NCBI GenBank assembly: GCA_951406725.2
Contig: OX597815.1
Location: 33,976,001-34,040,000, forward strand
From: Octopus vulgaris
Lineage: Eukaryota
Reading direction: 5' to 3'
Length of the DNA stretch: 64,000 bases
The notes below the pieces were generated by a model that was given only the letters and a program-made list of their open reading frames with translations, was not told the origin of the DNA and ran no database searches. A program made the translations under genes and the position numbers. Shown here piece after piece: positions 55,309 to 64,000 of the stretch (its first letter is position 1; the number at the start of each line of letters is the position of its first letter).

Positions 55309-55988
55309 CTCATACATATATACATATATACGTATACACACACACACACACACCTATATAACCAAATAATCCCGTTTGTGCTAACCTATTGATTACCATG
55401 ACCTTTGTGGTTCATCCACTTCTACAATAAAAAAGATAAAATAAAAAACTTTGCTGACAGCAACAACGCATCAACCAACACTGATAGTGACCATCTCCAA
55501 CAATGACGACGACGACGACGACGACAACAACAACAACAACAAAAACAACAACAACAACAACAACAACATCGGCAACCATGTTTCTCCTCACCCTGAACGG
55601 ATAAATGTTTCACCTTTAATAAGATCCACAGCAATAACACAATCACCGGCGATGGAATCCCTATGGTGAGCACTCGACTTGCTAGAAATAGTATTCAAAC
55701 CACCCTCAAATCACAAGCTACCGTCTGAAAAGAAAAAAAAGGAACAAAAAGTTAAAAAAAAAACCCCACAAAAAAAGGGAAATAACCCCTCCCTCCTTAA
55801 AAGAGTCATGATAGTTGATCATTGGTCTGTTCATTTGGAGTCCACCTGAGGCTAAACAACAACAACAACAATAACAACAACAATAATGACCACTAACACA
55901 TCAACATTCCAACAGCAATTCACGCATCAACTCTCTCCCCTTACTCTCACTACCAGCATCTCCATTATCATCACCACTACCACCATTT

Positions 55989-56560
55989 ATTTCTTTATTA
56001 CTCTCAGGGGGCTAAACATAGAGGGGACAAACAAAGGGATTAAGTCGATTACATCGACCCCAGTGCGTAACTGGTACTTAATTTATCGACTCCGAAAGGA
56101 TGAAAGGTAAAGTCGACCTCGGCGGAATTTGAACTCAGAACGTAGTGGCAGACGAAATACCTATTTCTTTACTACCCACAAGGGGCTAAACACAGAGAGG
56201 ACAAACGGATTAAGTCGATTATATCGACCCCAGTGCGTAACTGGTACTTAATTTATCGACCCCGAAAGGATGAAAGGTAAAGTCGACCTCGGCGGAATTT
56301 GAACTCAGAACGTAACGGCAGACGAAATACCTATTTCTTTACTACCCACAAGGGGCTAAACACAGAGAGGACAAACAAGAACAGACAAACGGATAAAGTC
56401 GATTACATCGACCCCAGTGCGTAACTGGTACTTAATTTATCGACCCCGAAAGGATGAAAGGCAAAGTCGACCTCGGCGGAATTTGAACTCAGAACGCAAC
56501 GGCAGACGAAATACGGCTACGCATTTCGCCCGGCGTGCTAACGTTTCTGCCAGTTCACCC
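55989..56560 (-). mobile_element. SINE family C with three tandem body units
   Basis: ~170-180-bp unit repeated three times, followed by the head. Confidence 0.88.
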
Positions 56561-57334
56561 ACCTTTACCAGTACATTCACAGGCAACACCAGCAGCATAA
56601 CAACTACTTCCCCCTCCCCACCATTACTACCACAGCGCAACCACGACGACAACGATGACGACCAACACCATCGCCACCGCCGCCGCCGCCTTGACCTCCA
56701 GAACAAGGACAAAAACAAAAACAACAGCAACAACCCATAACAACAACAACAACAACAAAAGCGAAGTTACAGTAATGAAGACATTCCACCAAGCATGGCA
56801 ATCCTTTTGATATGTCACATTCATTTGTTATGTCTGTGAATGAATACTTCTTTGATTGACCGACTTTATATATATATATACCTTCCTACCTCTCCTTTTC
56901 TATACCTTCCTCTCCTCTATACCTTCCTACCTCTCCTTCTCTCTCTCTCTTCTTCTCTTTACTTCCGCTTATTTTTTCCTTTCTATTTACCCCTTCATTC
57001 AGCTCCACTTCTCTTTCTGAGAGAACCGATCCTTGATTAGATAGACAGACACCTGTTTTTCGTTCCAGCTGAAACTCTACACTATCAACTAAGTCTCATT
57101 GAAGAAATACTTCATTGAAAATCCTCCCCCCAATATCCTCTTTGGGTTTTATTTTTCAATACTTTATAGTAAATTCCTACTGTTCATATGTATTGCTCTT
57201 GTTTAGTTCCGGTTTGGGCACACCCAGTCTTTAGCATTGAAGTAGGAGATCAAAGCTGTTTCTACCCGTTACCCGTGTCAGTCCTAGCTTAAGTTAATGT
57301 CAGAATTAGATCTTTAAAATATGTAGTTTCTATT

Positions 57335-57391
<57 letters not shown>

Positions 57392-57737
57392 GAGAGAGAG
57401 AGAGAGTGTGTATGTGTGATGTGTGGCAGCTGGATCGATCGTATCCAGCGACTGACTAACAACCTTAGATCCTCTTCTGATTTAGCAGTGTTGTCAACCT
57501 GACCTTTAGGATTGACCACGTCAACGAACGAGACCTTTATGTAGTTGCTCCTTTTGTTAGAAATAGCAGTTAAATCTCCATCAAATCACACCCTACTGTC
57601 ATTTAAGAATATATATGAAAAATAAAATGAAAAAGAAAAAGGGAAAAATATTTTTGAAAATATATTTGAAATTTTCTGGTATGTACATTATTGTTCCTCA
57701 TCACCATGGGGCGGTAAACGGCAATATTATGTCAGTA

Positions 57738-58021
57738 AGGCGGCGACAAAATGTTTAACGGCATTCCTTTCGTCTTTATGTTCTGTGTTCAAGTGTTGCC
57801 GATGTTGGCTTTGTCTTTCATCCGCTCGGAGTCGATAAAATAAGTATCAGTTGAGTGCTGGAGTCGGTGTTATCGACTTACTCTCTCCCCTGAAATTGCT
57901 GGCCTTGTGCTAAAGTTTAAAACCAGGATTATGTCTTTAAGTGGCACTGAGGTGGCAGAATCGTTAGCACGCCGGACAAAATGTTTGGAGGCATTTCATC
58001 CGTTGTACATTCTGAGTTTAA
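57738..58021 (+). mobile_element. two diverged SINE family C pieces
   Basis: aaggcggcga..; ggtggcagaatcgttagcacgccggac. Confidence 0.7.
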
Positions 58022-58430
58022 ATGGAGACCCAATCAGTCGGTAGCTATGCTGCAGCAACCGGAAAGGGTTTGATTGCGGATGTACTGCAAGTGGGAGAAG
58101 TGGAATTCGAGGAGAAAAGATTGAAGGAGTTTAACGAACTCATCGCAACGGAAGATACCAGTCTGAGGCTGACCCCGCCTAAAGAAGTGACAGAGAAGAT
58201 GACGAAAAGGGCAGTAGTCTATAGAACGCTGTCCACAGAAATAGCTATGGCGGAAGCAGTGGAGGAATACCTAAAGGACATTAAGGAACTCATGACATTT
58301 TATAGGAGAGGAGAGAAGTATGGCACAGTGGAGGTTCGGTTCGCGACCGAACAGGACGTGATAAAGTACTCCACTGTGCCGTTGAGGTCGTCAGAGTGGG
58401 CACTACTGCCAACCTACCGTAGCAAACGTA
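58022..58430 (+). pseudogene. probable N-terminus of an L1/Tx1-like ORF1p, truncated
   Basis: ATG-initiated, purine-rich ORF of about 136 codons with early SYAAAT motif and RRM-like GTVEVRFATE; breaks into AT-rich DNA. Confidence 0.5.
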
Positions 58431-58752
58431 CACACCCATCGAAAATGGCAAATTCATTATAAGTGTTAACCTTATTCATTAATTTAATCACAAATCTTAT
58501 GTAAAAATTTTTGTTTATACCCCTGTTCGAAATTTGGTGGCATTGGGTGTAGTAGCACACCCAATACAACAACCACCATTCGCCACTAAATAAACACCAC
58601 TTCATACCTTTAAGTGGAGTCTGGGTGTGGCTTGGAACGGAATACTCTTTCTTACATGCATTTCAGTAACTCATGTAACGAATAATTTGGTTAACGAACA
58701 GGTTTCTGGAACGTATGTTCGTATATAGAGACCTCACTATATTGTTTTACAG

Positions 58753-58980
58753 AGGCGGCGAGCTGGCAGAAACGTTAGCGCGCCGGGCGAAATGCTTAGC
58801 GGTATTTCGTCTGTCGTTACGTTCTGAGTTCAAATTCCGCCGAGGTCGACTTTGCCTTTCATCCTCTCGGGGTCGATAAATAAAGTACCAGTTTCGCACT
58901 GGGTCGATGTAATCGACTTAATCCCTTTGTCTGTCCTTGTTTGTCCCCTCTATGTTTAGCCCCTTGTGGGTAGTAAAGAA
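58753..58980 (+). mobile_element. SINE family C
   Basis: multi-copy identity. Confidence 0.9.
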
Positions 58981-59435
58981 ATATCTTGTTTTACAGAACT
59001 TTATTTTCTCTGTATTAATCAGAGAACATCGTTGAAAAATATATTCATAATATATAAATATTTTCATGCCAGTGATTTTATTGATTTTTGTTTCTTCGTA
59101 CTCACCGTATTAAGGATTTGTCGTGTAATTAATCCTTGGTGGCGAAAGTCTGTTTTGTTGAGTTTAAGTTGTTATCAATTATTAATCTAATGTATTAATT
59201 ATCAGTTTAACGTGCTATCATTTATCGTTTCAACCTGTTATCCAGTTATCATCAGATTATCGTGTTTAGTAATCAGTTTAACGTGCCATCACTTAAAATT
59301 TTACGTGTTATCAGTAAATCTGATCGATTATCGTATTATCACGTTATCTTTATGAGTTATCAGTTTAATGTGTTATCTATTAACGTATATAAGTTATCAC
59401 ACTCACACATACACACACTCACACATACATATATA

Positions 59436-59665
59436 TTTCTTTACTGCCCACAAGGGGCTAAACATAGAGGGGACAAACAAGGACAGACAAAGGGATTAAG
59501 TCGATTACATCGACCCCCAGTGCGTAACTGGTACTTTATTTATCGACCCCGAAAGGATGAAAGGCAAAGTCGACCTCAGCGGAATTTGAACTCAGAACGT
59601 TACGGCAGACGAAATACGGCTACGCATTTCGCCCGGCGTGCTAAAGTTTCTGCCAGCCCACCGCC

Positions 59666-59667
<2 letters not shown>
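59436..59667 (-). mobile_element. SINE family C
   Basis: multi-copy identity. Confidence 0.9.
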
Positions 59668-59718
<51 letters not shown>

Positions 59719-60273
59719 TAAACACACACACACACATAAGTTAACCGAAGTGAAATGAGACGATTGATGATCATCGTTTTCTGATGATCATTAACTGTAC
59801 AGTGGCTTTTGTTGTATTCTTGATAAACCTTCAAAAGACTTAAACTCTGCACAGGTAAGTAACGAAACATCCGTTAAGTACACTGTGCTCCCACTCCTTA
59901 AAAAAATGGTGAATTGCATCTACACATAGTACTTAGTTGAATCTTGGTGGTCAGAATGAAGCAGAAGCTAAATGTTTTTTTCTCGTGGAGACTCGGGGTA
60001 CCAATGACAGATGGAATACAAATTGTCGAGCCTTCAGCTTTTAGCCTGGCATCATGTGACTCGGACAGTTGTCATCTAGAGTTTCGGACTGCGCGAAAAT
60101 GAAATGTCAAGACTCCACCTCCGGCCCCACCGCCCCATGCTTTTCCATTTTCATCTATCAGGCCGGATTATGCTTGTTTATTTGTTTCCTTTTCTTCTTT
60201 CTTCCTCCCTATCTCCCTCCCACCATCTCTCTTTTCCTTTCTGATGCTGTTAGCTTCTGTTTCTTGTTGGTCT

Positions 60274-60655
60274 TACTCTTTTTACTCTTTTACTTGTTTC
60301 AGTCATTTGACTGCGGCCATGCTGGAGCACCGCCTTTTGTTGAGCAAATCGACCCCGGGACTTATTCTTTGTAAGCCCAGTACTTATTCATCGGTCTCTT
60401 TTGCCGAACCGCTAAGTAACGGGGACCTAAACACACCAGCATCGGTTGTCAAGCAATGCTGGGGGGACAAACACACACACGCATATATATACATATATAC
60501 GACGGGCTTCTTTCAGTTTCCGTCTACCAAATCCACTCACAAGGCAATGGTCGGCCCGGGGCTATAGCAGAAGACACTTGCTCAAGATGCCACGCAGTGG
60601 GACTGAACCCGGAACCATGTGGTTGGTTAGCAAGCTACTTACCACACAGCCACTC
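60274..60655 (-). mobile_element. SINE family B
   Basis: reverse complement of the 21628 copy. Confidence 0.9.
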
Positions 60656-60845
60656 TTCTATCACTATTCATTTTTGCTTCTACATCTCTGTCTGTCTTCC
60701 TATTCGTCCATTAGTCTCTCTCTCTCTCTCTCTTTCTCTAATTCTTCGTCTCTTGCTTTTTCTCTCGTAATTTTTATTACTCTTCCATTTCTAGCTTATC
60801 ATGCAATATTTCCTCCTTCACTAAAATTTCCCTCCTCCCCCTCCC

Positions 60846-60984
60846 CTTCTTCTTCTTCTTCTTCTTCTTCTTTTTCTTCTTCTTCTCCTTCTCCTTCTTC
60901 TTCTTCTTCTTCTTCTTCTTTTTCTTCTTCTTCTTCTTCTTCTTCTTCTTCTTCTTCTTCTTCTTCTTCTTCTCCTTCTTCTTC
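60846..60984. repeat. (TTC)n microsatellite
   Basis: direct reading. Confidence 0.97.
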
Positions 60985-61774
60985 GCGCAACTTCCCAACT
61001 CCTACCGTTTTCGCTCGTTAACTCACACTTACTCTATCAATTTTCTCGCAGCCAGTCTACTCCACTCGCACTCACTGTCTCTCTCTCTCCTTCTCTCTCC
61101 TTCTCTCTCTCTCTCTCTTCCACTCTCTCTCTCTCCCCCCTCTCTTTCTCTCTAATTGTATTTCAGTTCCGCTGGTAGTTACTTACCTCCTCGCCGCCAC
61201 ACCGTTCAGTCCTCTCTCAGGACATATCAGACGTCAATCTGCTTTCTAATTTGTTTAATGCGTTCTTTATGAGGCTACAGGCAATCGGATCGTTTTTGGC
61301 TGCACTTAATTCCTACGACAAAGTGTTTAACGAGCAGAACTAGGTGTTATATGCTATACAGGATCAATCTCTTGTTTGCACATCCTAAAAACACTCAGCT
61401 CAGACAGACAAAACACGCATATATATACACACACACAATAAAGAAGTAAAAAAAAAAAAGACGTATTCACATAAATAACTGAAATACTGAACTCACCTTA
61501 AGCACAAGTAGTGCTGCGCTAGAGTACAAACTACCATTAAATAAAGACAACCATTAACTATTGCGCTCTGCCTGAATCAGTTTGTCTGTCTCCGCTGTGA
61601 CCACCGCCAGAATGAGAAAGGGTGCAGAAACAGAGTGGATAGGAATGCAAGAACAGACTGTATTGGAGTGAGTACATGTTCAGATTGTGGCACTGTATGT
61701 TCTTCATACGATTAACCATAGCAGGTCGGAGAGTGTTGTAAGGTGGGAAGTTTGGAAATACTGTGGTGTATCTT

Positions 61775-62282
61775 TTATACTTGTTTCAATCATTGGGCTG
61801 CGGCCATGCTGGAGAGGCACCGCCTTGAAAGGGTTTTTTAGTCGGGCAAATCGCCCCCAGTACTTACGCTTTTTAAATAAAAAAAAGTACGTCACTCATT
61901 CTATCGGTTTCTTTAACCGAACTGCTGAGTTATGGGAGCGTAAATGAATTATTGGGCTGCGGTCATGCTGGAGGCACCGCCTTGAAGGGTTTTTAGTCGG
62001 GAAAATCGGCCCCAGTACTTACGCTTTTTAAATAAAAAAAAAGTACGTCACTCATTCTATCGGTTTCTTTGACCGAACCGCTGAGTTATGGGAGCGTAAA
62101 TGAATTAACACGTGTTATCAAGCGGTGAGGGTAGGAGTGATAAACAAAGACGCGCACACACACACACCGAACCGCTGAGTTATGGGAGCGTAAATGAATT
62201 AACACGTGTTATCAAGCGGTGAGTGTAGGAGTGATAAACAAAGACGCGCGCGCGCACACGCACACACACATACACACTTACA

Positions 62283-62321
<39 letters not shown>

Positions 62322-62487
62322 CCCCCCACACACACGCCGGGCTTTTACGAAATTTCTATTTGCCAAATTCAATCACAAGGCATTGGGGCTATAGCAGAAG
62401 ACATTTGCTCAAGGTGCCGTGCTGTGGGACTGAACGAGGAACCAAGTGGCTGGAAAGCGAGCTTCTTAACCATATAACCATGTCCTA
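61775..62487 (-). mobile_element. diverged SINE family B with two internal tandem duplications
   Basis: ~61791-61950 repeated at ~61951-62105; ~62073-62160 repeated at ~62168-62250. Confidence 0.8.
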
Positions 62488-63261
62488 CAGTATTGTGGGT
62501 CACATTTAATCTTTCGGTTGGCTGATTACGTGCTATATTCTTCCTCAGCCAATACTTTTATGTTAATTTCGCCCCAAATAACTCGAGATTACGCAAAATT
62601 GGCACCAGCAGCAGACGTTACAGTAGCTAACGTATCTAAAGTTACACTAACAATCCTCATTGTCTTACATTTTCTGTTGGCGGTTCTGATTTTAGTATTT
62701 AGTATTTGTTAATTTTGAATTTAGATTTAATCGCTTTTGTCTTCTAAAAAGAACATTTAAGCAGCTTCTAGTAGAACTATCATATATTTCTTATAAACAC
62801 TTGCTTTTCGTAATCCATTAGGTCATGTGCTAAGCACGAAACCATTTACAGTTAATGCAGTTTTTCTGATAAAACCAGTTTCCTTTCCATGATAAACTCT
62901 TTCTGTTATCATTCTTTTACGAGTTTCAGTCATCAGGTTACAGTTATGAGCGGGTCACCACTTTCAAGTGTTTGAATCGATTGTAGCAACCCTGATACTT
63001 TTTGGGTTATTTATTTTATCGATCTCAGAGGTAGGAAATTCAACCTATACATAAAGCAACGTAACGTAAAACAACATAGTATAAAGTAATGCAAATAAAC
63101 ACCACAAACTATTATATTGGATGCTCTACCGATTCAGTCAATACTCCATCCTTAAAGAGCTATATTTTCATTGTTGGATTGGAAAACAAGCTGAGCAATT
63201 TGAATAATGAAAAGGATATCATCGTCAAAAAAGGAAAAAAGAAAGCAAGAACTAAAAGCTG

Positions 63262-63475
63262 AAGGCGGTGATTTGGCGGAATCGTTAGCACATCGGACAA
63301 AATGATTTAGGGCATTTCTTCCGGCTCTTTATCTTCTGAGTTCAAATTCCGCTGAATCGACTTCGCCTTTCCTCGCTTCAGGGTTGATAAAATAGGTGCC
63401 GGTTGAGTCCTGTGGTCGATGAAATCGACTTGCTCGATCCATTAAAATGGCCGTCTTTGTACCAAAATATGAAAC
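63262..63475 (+). mobile_element. SINE family C, diverged
   Basis: head aaggcggtgatttggcggaatcgttagc. Confidence 0.75.
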
Positions 63476-63542
63476 CGATATTAGCACAGCTATCCCGCAA
63501 GGATTGTTACAAATATTTTCTGCCTTCTGTGTGTGTGCGTAC

Positions 63543-63575
<33 letters not shown>

Positions 63576-63809
63576 TGTGTGTGTGTATGTGTGAGCATGT
63601 GTACGTGCGCGCGCACATACACATACACACACAAACTTCTTAACCACACGGTCACTCCCATGTAACGTACGTGGTTTAGTGAAAGGACCAGGGGTCGCAA
63701 ATATCGGAATTTGGCTTCATTTGGGAATCCTGGACCGGTATTCTAATCATGTAGTTACTAGAACATTCCATTCTATTCTTTACCCATTCCAGCAGAAAAA
63801 ACGCTATTT

Positions 63810-64000
63810 ACTCATAATAACCCTGAAACGTCGTCTGTAGCTATCTGACTGGCAGGATGAAGCGGCTGACCTCCCTTGTTCGAAGGTTTAAAATGGACGC
63901 AGTTTGTGTGTCAAATAGCTAGCTTAAGGCGATGGCCTCATGGAGCTAATCAGCGACAGCTTTAGTCTTATATTCATAAGACTGCCATATTAGTATGGCG
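63810..64000 (+). mobile_element. second copy of the 19.5-19.9-kb PLE-like repeat (runs off the window)
   Basis: gaaacgtcgtctgtagct..ctcccttgttcgaagg..gatggcctcatggagctaat..gccatattagtatggcg. Confidence 0.8.

Overview
AT-rich, microsatellite-dense eukaryotic DNA. It is most likely an octopod cephalopod (Octopus), inferred from its tRNA-derived SINE families and simple-repeat landscape. No complete host gene is recognisable, only a few candidate spliced exons (best: ATG exon 1206-1274 plus a 117-nt phase-0 exon 1737-1853). Almost all supplied ORFs are microsatellite or SINE artefacts. The window is dominated by mobile DNA: dozens of SINEs from about 4 families; LINE fragments (CR1/L2-like, RTE, RLE-type R4/Dong-like, L1/Tx1 ORF1); a full-length decayed Chapaev3-type DNA transposon; hAT, MULE, piggyBac and mariner MITEs; and many Penelope-like element (PLE) remnants. 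The most striking pattern is a set of unrelated PLE terminal repeats sitting in (TA)n tracts. They carry type-I minimal hammerhead ribozyme motifs (four with an exact CUGANGA core plus several variants) and repeatedly form fold-back palindromes whose inversion point lies in or next to the ribozyme. A 5-kb nest of these (41.3-46.3 kb) surrounds a Naiad-type PLE. Also notable is an RTE LINE with a textbook twin-priming 5' inversion nested inside a hAT MITE. All alignments were made by eye.
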